Positions 1-9,015 of a DNA stretch of 61,550 nt are shown one piece after another. The notes under the pieces were generated by a model. It was not told the DNA's origin and made no database searches. It saw only the letters and a list, made by a program, of their open reading frames with translations. Position numbers and translations under genes: made by a program. Where the stretch lies: NCBI GenBank assembly GCA_023265595.1, contig JAHFSU010000008.1:1-61550 (forward strand). The letters are read 5' to 3'. This DNA is from Deltaproteobacteria bacterium (lineage in GTDB: Bacteria; UBA10199; SPLOWO2-01-44-7). The stretch's first letter is position 1, and the number at the start of each line of letters is the position of its first letter.

Positions 1-357
1 GCCATCGCCTTAGCCAAAGAACCGGTGCCGGCCGAGTTTGCAGACCAAGCCGATTTAGAAACGCTTCGCACCACCGACCCCGTTGCCTATGCGGAGAGAA
101 TTGATTTTGAAACAGAGATCCTAAAGATCAGAAATAGAATCAAACGTGTGAGATTTTTAACCCACTCTGATCTCGATGGCCGCCTTGAGAAGGTCGAGGA
201 ATGTCTTAGGCTAGCGGAAAGAGTCAAAGGGGCCGATATGGAGCAGGCACAATCATTTGCCAAAAAAGCAAAAGTAGAAGTTGCCGCGGCCATGACAGAA
301 TTAATAAAAAAAGCCGAAGAGATTTTAAGAGAGGGCATGATTCTTGATGAGTCTTAA
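1..357 (+). CDS. Hypothetical helical protein, 5'-truncated by the window edge
   Basis: Frame 1 is open from base 1 (AIALAKEPVPAEF...) to TAA at 355-357. Its stop overlaps the next gene's start. Confidence 0.6.
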   Translation, partial: AIALAKEPVPAEFADQADLETLRTTDPVAYAERIDFETEILKIRNRIKRVRFLTHSDLDGRLEKVEECLRLAERVKGADMEQAQSFAKKAKVEVAAAMTELIKKAEEILREGMILDES

Positions 358-1597
358 AGAAATAAAATATGGCGATCATTTGGTGATTCCGATCACCGAC
401 GGGCGGCTGTCGGAAGCACTCGTCTCTTTGGACAGCAATCTGGATGACCGTGTCACGCTGGAGGATTTTTCTACTTACGAAGACCCGGCAAAAACAATGC
501 GGGAAATGATTGCCCGAAATATGGAAATAGCCGGCCTCTTTTTGTACCCCAATCAGGCCAAGGGTTTGGAGAAATTTTTTGCGACGTACGAAAAGGTCCG
601 TTCCTTTGAGGAATGGTACGATAGGGGTTTTTTGGGGCATTTTCCCCATTTCAATCCTCTCACTGGGAAGCTGGAATTTGATCGTGACCGTTGGGATAAA
701 TGGGTGAAGCCCTATTTTTCTGAAGGAGAGGTCTTTTCTCCAAAAAACCTGACCCAAATTATCTATGATATTTCGGAAACGGTTCTTTTGCTCTCCGGTG
801 CCCCTGTTCAAACCCTTTCCGAAGATTGGCCTGAAGAATCTGTTTTTAGAGATTCATTTGCAAGTTGGATTTACAACGCTTGCGCCTTTCCGAAAGATTT
901 TCGGGAACCGTTTTCACAATTTTTGGATGAATATCAGGAGAGTCTCGCCGTCATGGTTGCAAGCTATTCTGGTTTGAAATGTGTTGGTGAAGGCTGCCCC
1001 CTGTTTGGGTTTGGCTCCGAGGTCTCTTTGCGGGGGATCAAGTATTTGAGCAATTTTAAAGCCGCCTCCAATAACAGTTTGATTAAAAGGAGTGATTTCA
1101 AACTCGGAGTCTCCTGTTTTACAGGGGATACTTATGTGAGAAAACCGGATGGCAATGTGATTCCGCTTAGAGATTTAGAAGCACTTCATCATTCTATTCT
1201 TTCTTACGAGGAATGTGACGACGGCGTTCGATATCAGCCGCCTCAAAAAATAATGCGCCATGAAAAAATCAAAACGATGTTGATCAAACTGGCACTCAAG
1301 GGGGAAAATGGTGAGGTACTTATTTTGAAAGTAACTCCCAATCATCCGCTGTTGGTCGAAAGAGGTTTGGGAAAACAGTGGGTCAAAGCGGGCGATCTGC
1401 AAGATGGCGACCGGCTGGCAACTCTTTCTGCTAAAGATAAATTTGTCGTCGATTTGTCCAAAACGGTGTGGGAGGAAGGAATCTACGATCTTTATAACAT
1501 CTCTTTTTCAACACCTGACGGTAATTTGAGCCCGACCTTTGGCGTTTCCCCAGACGGGAAGCACTGGTTCTTCGCTCATAATCTGAAAGTGCTGTGA
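347..1597 (+). CDS. Protein with an N-terminal EF-hand-like loop and a C-terminal Hint (bacterial intein-like) domain
   Basis: Hint blocks: CFTGDT (1115), VTPNHPLL, WVKAGDLQDGD, LYNISF and FFAHN (ends 1582), then only LKVL-stop. DSNLDDRVTLED resembles an EF-hand loop. Confidence 0.8.
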   Translation: MSLKEIKYGDHLVIPITDGRLSEALVSLDSNLDDRVTLEDFSTYEDPAKTMREMIARNMEIAGLFLYPNQAKGLEKFFATYEKVRSFEEWYDRGFLGHFPHFNPLTGKLEFDRDRWDKWVKPYFSEGEVFSPKNLTQIIYDISETVLLLSGAPVQTLSEDWPEESVFRDSFASWIYNACAFPKDFREPFSQFLDEYQESLAVMVASYSGLKCVGEGCPLFGFGSEVSLRGIKYLSNFKAASNNSLIKRSDFKLGVSCFTGDTYVRKPDGNVIPLRDLEALHHSILSYEECDDGVRYQPPQKIMRHEKIKTMLIKLALKGENGEVLILKVTPNHPLLVERGLGKQWVKAGDLQDGDRLATLSAKDKFVVDLSKTVWEEGIYDLYNISFSTPDGNLSPTFGVSPDGKHWFFAHNLKVL

Positions 1598-1649
1598 GGA
1601 AATTAAAATTGCTCTTTTCATTGTGTCTCAAAAGATATACCAAAAAGCT

Positions 1650-2087
1650 ATGAGGAGAAGGACATTTTTGATGATCGTCGCTGTCACTGTCGGGGGTTTT
1701 TTTTCTTTCCAGCAATCTTTGTTGGCGCAACAGTTGGATGTGACTCCCAAAAATGTCCTTACCGAAGAAGACAAAGAATTTTTATTTCAGTACAAACCGC
1801 CAAAAAATGGAAACTTAAAAATCCCCGACAAATTATCTCTGATGCAACTGGATGATTCGGGCAAGACCCTCTACCGATGGGAGATGGCCGATAACGGCAT
1901 GTATGGAGATAAGGCGGCGGGCGATGGCATTTATGAAAGAACCGTTGCGTTGAAAGAGAGAAAACCGGGGAAACTTTATTTTGCGGTTGATAGGAACCCT
2001 AAACAAATTATCTCCATTTCTGTAGAACCCCGCCCAACCTTTATCCAACTGGTATGCAAGGCCTTTGCAAAATTTCGCGGAAAGTGA
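1650..2087 (+). CDS. Exported protein with a choice-of-anchor-X-like Asp/Gly motif and a possible Tat signal
   Basis: MRRRTFL followed by a hydrophobic stretch and LLA|Q. Contains the motif DNGMYGDKAAGDGIY. Confidence 0.6.
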   Translation: MRRRTFLMIVAVTVGGFFSFQQSLLAQQLDVTPKNVLTEEDKEFLFQYKPPKNGNLKIPDKLSLMQLDDSGKTLYRWEMADNGMYGDKAAGDGIYERTVALKERKPGKLYFAVDRNPKQIISISVEPRPTFIQLVCKAFAKFRGK

Positions 2088-2114
2088 GCAACTTTTTTGG
2101 CAACCGACCGATAG
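2088..2114 (+). promoter_or_regulatory. Sigma28-like promoter motif GCAACTT-N14-CGATA
   Basis: GCAACTT 2088-2094, CCGATA 2108-2113, ATG at 2122. Confidence 0.55.
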
Positions 2115-2121
2115 TAACAAC

Positions 2122-3483
2122 ATGGGTTTTGTTTTAACATCTGTTATTGCTTTGGCACCCCAACTGGGTGCGCCGATCGGTGTTGAAGCCACCGAAGGAG
2201 CCCTTACTGCTTCGCCGACCCTTCGCGCTTATCTCGACGGCATGAATATCGACTATCACGATCTTTATGTAACAGGGCCGACCGTTGCAAGGGCCAGTCT
2301 TTTGTCCCTCGGCAATACCGGATTTTTGGGGGGCATCCCCATTCAAAAAATGCCCCGAAGAAAATCTCCCAAATATCTTCGGGAAGTGACCGATTTAGAC
2401 ACTCTTAGATCGATGTTCGAAAAATATGCATCGGCCGGCAAGGTGTTCGAAGTACTCGCCATTATCGATCAGATAGGCCGTGTTGGCGGTTTCAGGGGGG
2501 CGGCCTTCTTGAAGAACATTGCAGACCATTATTTGGAACGGTTCACACTGAGAAAAAGTCTTGCCGGATCGCATTTTGGGGCGGCTTATGCCATGTCACA
2601 AATCGGCTTGCACGCTTTGGAACATCTGACAAAAACAAAATCCCCTTTTGCTTTGGAAATGGCCCGCGAATTTTTAACCGGCAAAAAAGGGGTGGTTGCC
2701 TTCTCCTATCCCAATTTCAGAAATGAGGCAATTCTTCTGGAGCCGACGCATTCTGTTGTCGTTCGGGAAATTCTCAAGGTGTTGCAGAGGGGAGAGTTTG
2801 GGCTGAATGGGGCCATGCTCTTGAAGGACTTGTTGATCCGAATGGATTACGTATTAAAGACCGAAGTGATACAAGAAGGGTGTTTTAGAGAAGATGGGAC
2901 TTTGATGCTAGACCCATTTCAAATTGGTGTCGATGTGACGGTCGCTGTTTTTGAAACCGTTGTACAATACAAAGAAGGCGGACTTTTTTTGAGATTGTTG
3001 GAAAAAAATCCGACAAATGTGTCGATCGCTTTTTCCCGTCAAGGGGTCGAACTTTTAGAATTTGTTCCGGATGAAGAGGGGGATCCTCTCGATCTGGTTC
3101 GTGATGGGGTGAAGCGCGATCCAAAAACATTTGCCCACTATTTGAATTGCATAAAAAAATATAATCGGTCTCCCCTAAGAGGGGCAGTTTTAGAGGGGCT
3201 TAAAAAAGCCCTTGAAGGGCCCAATTATCTGGGGGCCGCTTCTGCCTTGGTGGAGATTAGCGGCGACGATGCGGCGCGCGTTTTGATTTATGGGTACCGA
3301 TTATTTGTGAGCATTGCGATCAAACAATTACAAATGGTGGAGGCGCTCAGTAGGATGAAAAACGATGTTGCCGCTCAATTTTTTGAGGAAGAAACGGAGA
3401 GAACCTCCCGTCTATTTTTCCGTCGCAGAAAAAGACTTAGAAATTTGGCAGAGGAGACGAGGACGAGGAGGAGAAACGGATAG
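2122..3483 (+). CDS. Hypothetical helical protein, HEAT-like C-terminus; candidate T3SS substrate
   Basis: Long ORF (track 2065-3483). ATG 2122 chosen because it follows the promoter motif. No family recognised. Confidence 0.6.
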   Translation: MGFVLTSVIALAPQLGAPIGVEATEGALTASPTLRAYLDGMNIDYHDLYVTGPTVARASLLSLGNTGFLGGIPIQKMPRRKSPKYLREVTDLDTLRSMFEKYASAGKVFEVLAIIDQIGRVGGFRGAAFLKNIADHYLERFTLRKSLAGSHFGAAYAMSQIGLHALEHLTKTKSPFALEMAREFLTGKKGVVAFSYPNFRNEAILLEPTHSVVVREILKVLQRGEFGLNGAMLLKDLLIRMDYVLKTEVIQEGCFREDGTLMLDPFQIGVDVTVAVFETVVQYKEGGLFLRLLEKNPTNVSIAFSRQGVELLEFVPDEEGDPLDLVRDGVKRDPKTFAHYLNCIKKYNRSPLRGAVLEGLKKALEGPNYLGAASALVEISGDDAARVLIYGYRLFVSIAIKQLQMVEALSRMKNDVAAQFFEEETERTSRLFFRRRKRLRNLAEETRTRRRNG

Positions 3484-3493
3484 CTTGCACAGC

Positions 3494-3526
3494 AAGAGCA
3501 TATGGTAGCAGCTACCATATGCTCTT
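3494..3526. terminator. Perfect 16-bp inverted repeat between convergent genes; probable bidirectional terminator
   Basis: aagagcatatggtagc-a-gctaccatatgctctt. Confidence 0.65.
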
Positions 3527-3528
3527 TG

Positions 3529-3600
3529 TTGGGGCGACAGGGGTCGAACCTGCGACATCCGCAGTGTAAATGCGGCGCTCTACCACTGAGCTACGCCCCA
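3529..3600 (-). tRNA. tRNA-Val (anticodon TAC), CCA not encoded
   Basis: Minus strand TGGGGCG TA GCTCAGTGGTAGAGC G CCGCA-TTTACAC-TGCGG ATGTC GCAGG-TTCGACC-CCTGT CGCCCCA A folds as a cloverleaf. Confidence 0.93.
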
Positions 3601-3647
3601 AATCTTGATTTGACTTCCCATATTTCAACCTTTAAATCAACCGGACA

Positions 3648-4511
3648 ATGACTGATTTTACTTGGATAAAAGGTCTTATTTTAGGTTTGGTGCAAGGGTT
3701 TACCGAATTTTTTCCGATATCGAGTGCGGCCCATTTGGTCATGGCCGAAACCTATTTAGGCATTAAAGATTCGGCCAAAACATTGGCGGCCTTTGATGTG
3801 GCGTTGCATCTGGGAACGCTCGTGGCGGCGATTCTTTTTTTTAAAAAAGATCTCGAATGTCTCATCGGAGTTTGGTTTCCAAAATGGCGCCAAAAGCTGG
3901 AGGCCCCGGACAGTTTTTTTAGCACCGTTGCTCCGATGGTCCATCCGGGAAACGCCAAAAAATTGGGCCCGCTCATTATAGGTGCGGTTTTACCGGCCGC
4001 ACTGATTTCCGCCAAATTCGGCCAATTTTTCACCGATCTCTTTTCCGATACGATTGTGGCCGCCGTTTTGCTCCTCATCACCGGTTTTGTGATCCATACC
4101 ACGCGCTGGATTCAAAGCGACGGTATCGGCATCGACCGGATCGGTTTCAAACAGGCATTGCTGGTGGGGCTTGTCCAGATTTTTTCTGTTCTCCCCGGTC
4201 TTTCCCGCTCCGGCATCACCCTTTCAGCCGGACTTTTTTTGAAATTCAAAACAGAACTTGCGTTTCGATTCTCTTTTCTGATGATGATTCCACTTACGGC
4301 CATCGGCATTCTTTTGGGGATTCCCGATCTGCTGCATCTGCCGCAGCAAGCCGTGATCGCCGCTATTTTTGGGTGTATCGTGGCCGGTGTCACCGGCTAT
4401 TTTTGCATCCCGATTTTGTTGGGTCTCATGCGTCGCAAAAAATTCTTCATTTTTGCTTATTACTGCTGGGCGGTCGGCGTGCTTGTCTTGCTCAAAGAGA
4501 TGTTTTTTTGA
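3648..4511 (+). CDS. uppP: Undecaprenyl-diphosphate phosphatase (BacA/UppP)
   Basis: GLVQGFTEFFPISSAAH, LHLGTL and PGLSRSG motifs; multiple TM segments. Confidence 0.93.
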   Translation: MTDFTWIKGLILGLVQGFTEFFPISSAAHLVMAETYLGIKDSAKTLAAFDVALHLGTLVAAILFFKKDLECLIGVWFPKWRQKLEAPDSFFSTVAPMVHPGNAKKLGPLIIGAVLPAALISAKFGQFFTDLFSDTIVAAVLLLITGFVIHTTRWIQSDGIGIDRIGFKQALLVGLVQIFSVLPGLSRSGITLSAGLFLKFKTELAFRFSFLMMIPLTAIGILLGIPDLLHLPQQAVIAAIFGCIVAGVTGYFCIPILLGLMRRKKFFIFAYYCWAVGVLVLLKEMFF

Positions 4512-4663
4512 TGGTTCGACAGGCTCACCATGAGCGGTCATTACAAAAGCTCATCATGAGCGGTCATTACAAAAGCTCACCATGAGCGGTCATTACAAAG
4601 GCTCACCATGAGCGGTCATTACAAAGGCTCACCATGACCGGTCATCCTGAGCCTGTCGAAGGA
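4512..4663. repeat. REP-like palindromic element containing about 4.7 tandem copies of a 26-bp unit
   Basis: Unit gctcaccatgagcggtcattacaaa(a/g) starts at 4523, 4549, 4575, 4601 and 4627 (partial). Flanked by the inverted repeats ttcgacaggctca and tgagcctgtcgaa. Confidence 0.85.
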
Positions 4664-5868
4664 TCCTTGTAATATTTTTTACCCTTCAATTTGTCGGGAA
4701 GATGTTGTTGATCTTTGGCTTGGTTTACGTCGGTGTGGGCGTAGCGATATCCCTTTCCGTAATCCAATTCTTTCATCAATTTTGTCGGGGCGTTTCTCAA
4801 GTGAAGCGGGACCGGAAGAATCCCAAACTCTTCGACATCGGCTTTCGCCGTTTTATAAGCCACGTAGCTGGCATTCGATTTTGGCGCTTTGGCTAAATAA
4901 GTCGCCGCTTGCGCGAGAGGAATCCATCCCTCTGCCTGCCCCACAATTTCATACGCCTGAAACGCCGCCACGGCGACACGTAACGCTTCGGGGTCGGCGT
5001 TGCCGACATCTTCGCTCGCAAAAATCACCATCCGCCGCGCAATGAAGCGGGGGTCCTCGCCGGCCTCATACATTCGTGCCAAATAATAGACCGCCGCATC
5101 GGCGTCGGAGCCGCGCATGCTTTTGATGAATGCCGAGATAATATTGTAATGTTCTTCACCCTTTTTGTCGTACAAAAGACTTTTCCGTTGCACCGCCTCT
5201 TCAATGTCCGAAATTTGTAACAGGGGACGTTCCACCCGTTTGGGGAACGTCCCCTTCAAAGTGCCTGCAATTTCAAGGGTGTTTAAGACACGTCTTGCAT
5301 CGCCATCGGCCGTTTGGACGGCAAACGCCAATGCTTCGTCCGAAATTTCACAGCCCAACTCGCTCAACCCCCGCTTTGCAATCTGCTTTAGTTCCTCCTC
5401 ATTCAATGCGTTCAAAACATAAACCTTGCATCGGGAAAGAAGGGGGCCGATCACTTCAAAAGAGGGATTTTCGGTTGTGGCGCCGATGAGCGTGATCGTC
5501 CCATCTTCAACATAAGGGAGCAGCGCATCCTGCTGGGCCTTGTTCCACCGATGGATTTCGTCGATGAATAAAATGTGATGGTTTTGAAAAAGATCCCCCT
5601 TTTCCTTTTCAATCGCCGCCACGATATTGCGCAAATCCTGAATGCCGGCCAAAACGGCGGAAAGGGGATGAAACTTTGCTTTTGTCTTTCCGGCAATGAT
5701 ACGTGCAAGTGTTGTTTTTCCGGAGCCCGGAGGCCCCCAAAAGATAAGGGATGGGAGCTTGTCTTGTTCCAAGAGTTTTGTTAAAGGTTTCGCCGGTCCC
5801 ATAAGGTGGGCCTGTCCCACCAACTCATCGGGGTTTTTGGGGCGCAACCTTTCTGCCAATGGGATCAT
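4642..5868 (-). CDS. rarA: Replication-associated recombination protein A (RarA/MgsA AAA+ ATPase)
   Basis: PLAERLRP, Walker A GPPGSGKTT, FIDEIHR, GATTENPSF, SAFIKSMRGSD, ASEDVGNADP. Confidence 0.95.
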   Translation of the reverse strand: MIPLAERLRPKNPDELVGQAHLMGPAKPLTKLLEQDKLPSLIFWGPPGSGKTTLARIIAGKTKAKFHPLSAVLAGIQDLRNIVAAIEKEKGDLFQNHHILFIDEIHRWNKAQQDALLPYVEDGTITLIGATTENPSFEVIGPLLSRCKVYVLNALNEEELKQIAKRGLSELGCEISDEALAFAVQTADGDARRVLNTLEIAGTLKGTFPKRVERPLLQISDIEEAVQRKSLLYDKKGEEHYNIISAFIKSMRGSDADAAVYYLARMYEAGEDPRFIARRMVIFASEDVGNADPEALRVAVAAFQAYEIVGQAEGWIPLAQAATYLAKAPKSNASYVAYKTAKADVEEFGILPVPLHLRNAPTKLMKELDYGKGYRYAHTDVNQAKDQQHLPDKLKGKKYYKDPSTGSG

Positions 5869-5915
5869 GAATCTATGAGTAACGGCTCCTTGTTGGTCAT
5901 GCAACCTTAATATAT

Positions 5916-7508
5916 ATGTTGGGTGATTTTACATTTACTTTCCCTATTTTATTCAGTGCGGGTCGGGTGATTGACGCCTTTGGCGGCAATGCCATGGCCT
6001 CTCATCCCCAAGCCTTTTCCACACTTCAATTTTTGGAAACAGGTGTAAACACCTTCGATCCCGCTTGGTCTGATTTGCCGCATATGCTTGCCGCTTATTC
6101 GCAAGCCATCGCTCTGCAAAATCAAGAGGCGATTAAAGAATTGGGTAATGCGATTCATCTAAACCTTCGGGATCAGCACAACCGCTTTACAGCCCTTTTA
6201 GCGCAGATGAAAGCGCCATTCCTCTTTCCAAAGCATTTTGCAAGCTCCGTTGTCGCTGAAGGGGACTGTGAAGACTATGCGGAGGGACTCGACGATACAG
6301 TTTTTGATATTTTTCAAGAATTGACGCCCCATTTGTATCTGAAGGTGGTCGATTTTGAAGAGCTCGACATAAAAGAACAGGTGAGGGTTTGGACTCGTCT
6401 GCACCGTTTTACCTCCGATCCCGCTTTATTGCTTTTAGAGGCCAATGCTTATCGCAAAGATGACAGTCCCCAATATGCTGCACTGGCAACCGATATGGGT
6501 TTTGTCGATCCGACTGTCGATAAGGTAGAAAAGGGGCACTACGTTGCTATTTGGCATGATGAGAAAGCCTCCACGGTTTTCACCCACGGTCTTGTTGTCG
6601 ACCGGAATGAAGCGTGGCTGAAGCTCTTGGGTGGGGCAAGGGTTCGAATCGACAACATTCGTCGGATCGACATCATCGGTTTGCACCAAGAGACATTATT
6701 AAAAAGAGGGGAAAAGGAGCTTTATCGGAGTCGTCTCATGCGGGTTTGGATGCATGGGGCTTGGCATGTGGTTAGAGTGGAAAAATTGTATGCCGGTAAC
6801 GGCGATTTTTTTCAGGTCAGAACGAGGGATGGAGAAATTTGGTCCTATCTCAGAGATATGGAGAGTCCTAATCTTGATTTTCGCAATCCTTTGCGAACAA
6901 AACCAAAAGCCCATCCTCTCATCGGTTATCCCCATATCGATTATGAAAAAATAATTATTTTTGATGGAAAAGATGGGCGCCCGGAAATGGGAATGATTCA
7001 AAAAATAGATTTGAAAGAGCGAAAATATCAGGTTGAAACACCCGGTTGGATTTATACGCTCGCATTTAACCATCCGGTGGCAGTGCCGAGACGCTCTCCC
7101 TCTTTTGACCACCACCGTGTTGTGATTAGGGACAGCTCCGGTGATCCGGCTGTTTACGAACTGTTGGCCTGTGATCTGAAACGAGGAGTGGCGCTTGGTC
7201 GCATGGTCAGCAGCAATGTAAAGGGTACCCTTCCCATTTTTCTCTATTTTGACTTGAACAAAAGTGGGGAGGCTTTTGAACTTTATGGCACCGGTAAAAA
7301 AGAGAGAAGGCGTTTTTCGAAATTTTTTCATGCCGTTTGGAGAATGGCTATGACGGCAACTTTTCGCTGGCAGGGTAATGTGATGGAGGGGACGATTGTT
7401 AATCTCGAAACGCTTCCAGTTTTTGTTCAAATTTGGGATCGAGAGAAAAACCTTCGATATAATATTCCGCCTCAAGATATCGTCGCCTTCTGCGTTGACA
7501 ACCAATAA
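5916..7508 (+). CDS. Hypothetical protein (530 aa) with beta-rich C-terminal modules
   Basis: Long ORF; no family recognised; start uncertain. Confidence 0.6.
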   Translation: MLGDFTFTFPILFSAGRVIDAFGGNAMASHPQAFSTLQFLETGVNTFDPAWSDLPHMLAAYSQAIALQNQEAIKELGNAIHLNLRDQHNRFTALLAQMKAPFLFPKHFASSVVAEGDCEDYAEGLDDTVFDIFQELTPHLYLKVVDFEELDIKEQVRVWTRLHRFTSDPALLLLEANAYRKDDSPQYAALATDMGFVDPTVDKVEKGHYVAIWHDEKASTVFTHGLVVDRNEAWLKLLGGARVRIDNIRRIDIIGLHQETLLKRGEKELYRSRLMRVWMHGAWHVVRVEKLYAGNGDFFQVRTRDGEIWSYLRDMESPNLDFRNPLRTKPKAHPLIGYPHIDYEKIIIFDGKDGRPEMGMIQKIDLKERKYQVETPGWIYTLAFNHPVAVPRRSPSFDHHRVVIRDSSGDPAVYELLACDLKRGVALGRMVSSNVKGTLPIFLYFDLNKSGEAFELYGTGKKERRRFSKFFHAVWRMAMTATFRWQGNVMEGTIVNLETLPVFVQIWDREKNLRYNIPPQDIVAFCVDNQ

Positions 7509-7512
7509 AATT

Positions 7513-7568
7513 TGTTATTCGCCCAATGTTATTCGCCCAAGCAACTTATTTTGAGACCTGCCGATAAC
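7513..7568 (+). promoter_or_regulatory. Sigma28-like promoter GCAACTT-N12-GCCGATAA preceded by a 14-bp direct repeat
   Basis: tgttattcgcccaa twice (7513-7540), GCAACTT 7541-7547, GCCGATAA 7560-7567, ATG 7575. Confidence 0.6.
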
Positions 7569-7574
7569 CACCAC

Positions 7575-8945
7575 ATGACATTCTTTTCTCCACAATCGTT
7601 GGTCGGATTTGTAGTCCAGCCAGCTCTGTTCGAGGCCGAGGCCCCTTCTTTGCCTCCGACCACCGTTGTTGAAGAGGCTTTTTTGGCTGACACTCAGGAG
7701 AGGCTGGAAATCGAGTGGGCAGAAGCGGGACCTGTCCGATTATTGGCCGCTGTCACCAAAACCGGAATCCCCCGAGCAGAATTGTCATCCATTTTTAAAT
7801 ATCTTGCCGCTTCTCGATCCCGTGCCCCCAAAATTTATGATCGTATCGTTGGTCAGGCTGGAAGAAGAATTTTAGGGGGCGGCTTTTTGACTTTTCAGTC
7901 AAGGCTTCTCCCTCAAAATCATGACGATGCCGATTTGACTCCGCTGGAAGTGAAAGCATTGCAAGCCTTGGCAAGAATTGAAGAAGCCTCCATCGATTTG
8001 TGCCAAACACCGCGAATACCGTCTGAACATTTTTTTGGCGAAGGTTTAAGCGAGAGTGATATTGCTGATGCCCAACACCAAAGAGCAATAAAAGCATCTT
8101 ATTATCTGGCCTTTGCAGGTGTTAGGGCATCGGACCCAGATTCAAAAAAAACAAAATCCCCAGTAGAAATGAGCTGTGAAATCGCAAGAGGCCTTGTGCA
8201 AAAATACATAGAAGATTTGGGAATCCCCATTACTGTTTCTGCCTTCCTTATTCAGCGACTCAGTGCCGGCGAACTGGAAAGAGGAGGAGGGATCGGTGGA
8301 GTTTACGATGCTTTTACGCGCGTCGGTGCCATTCAGGAGACTCCTTCTGATGAAGAGAGACTTTTATATGCCGTGCATGAATTTATGCATGCCATAAAAC
8401 CGGCTATTCATCACGTAGAGCGTTGGGGATTTTCTTCAGATGAAGAATTCAACATTGCCCAATTGCGACACGGGCTAACTATTTTTGAAAGCGGATTTAG
8501 AGGTGCCAAGGGATTTGGAGAATGGCTGGATGAGGCCATGGCAGAGCTGGCCACCATCCGCGCCCTGCAACTTTCCGGCAAAATGCCAGATCCTCTTCAA
8601 TGGGATATGAACGATCAATACCATGTCGCTGTTTTTGTGATGCAAGAAATAATTAAAAAAGTTGCCGAACAGAGAGGCCAATCTTATCCGGAAATAGAGA
8701 AGGAATTGTTGAGGGCCTCTTTTAACGGTGATCCCGATTTTTATCAAATGTTGCTATCGGTCTTGGGAAAAAAACGATTCGCCCATCTTTTTACCAGAAC
8801 ACTAAAAGACGATGAAAGGCTGGTGGTCCATGTCGGGCGCCTTGTTAAAGATCCCCATTTGGTGGTTGCGAAAGATATTTTAGGGGAACCGGTTGCACCG
8901 GAACCGACTGGAACTCTACTTGCTTTCAAACTGAGAACTTCATGA
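7575..8945 (+). CDS. Putative zinc metallopeptidase (gluzincin-like); candidate T3SS effector
   Basis: HEFMH (8376-8390) plus downstream WLDEAMAE third-ligand motif. No Sec signal peptide. Confidence 0.65.
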   Translation: MTFFSPQSLVGFVVQPALFEAEAPSLPPTTVVEEAFLADTQERLEIEWAEAGPVRLLAAVTKTGIPRAELSSIFKYLAASRSRAPKIYDRIVGQAGRRILGGGFLTFQSRLLPQNHDDADLTPLEVKALQALARIEEASIDLCQTPRIPSEHFFGEGLSESDIADAQHQRAIKASYYLAFAGVRASDPDSKKTKSPVEMSCEIARGLVQKYIEDLGIPITVSAFLIQRLSAGELERGGGIGGVYDAFTRVGAIQETPSDEERLLYAVHEFMHAIKPAIHHVERWGFSSDEEFNIAQLRHGLTIFESGFRGAKGFGEWLDEAMAELATIRALQLSGKMPDPLQWDMNDQYHVAVFVMQEIIKKVAEQRGQSYPEIEKELLRASFNGDPDFYQMLLSVLGKKRFAHLFTRTLKDDERLVVHVGRLVKDPHLVVAKDILGEPVAPEPTGTLLAFKLRTS

Positions 8946-9015
8946 AGAACTATACGATATGTCACTTTTAAGCTTTGCAACATTTGGTATTTCGGGTAGT
9001 TCTTCGAAGCACATT

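Noticed and set aside
1115-1582. Canonical mobile intein
   Set aside because: There is no homing endonuclease, the +1 residue is Leu, the C-extein is only 4 aa, and the host is not a conserved housekeeping protein.
3484-3600. tRNA-Val as an integration site for a genomic island
   Set aside because: No integrase and no duplicated tRNA 3' end are visible within the window. This cannot be excluded beyond the left edge.
4523-4645. Possible CRISPR array
   Set aside because: The units are contiguous with no unique spacers, and no cas genes are in the window.
5901-5930. Additional copy of the sigma28-like promoter before the 530-aa orphan
   Set aside because: GCAACCT is present, but the -10 position reads GGTGATTT, too weak to count.
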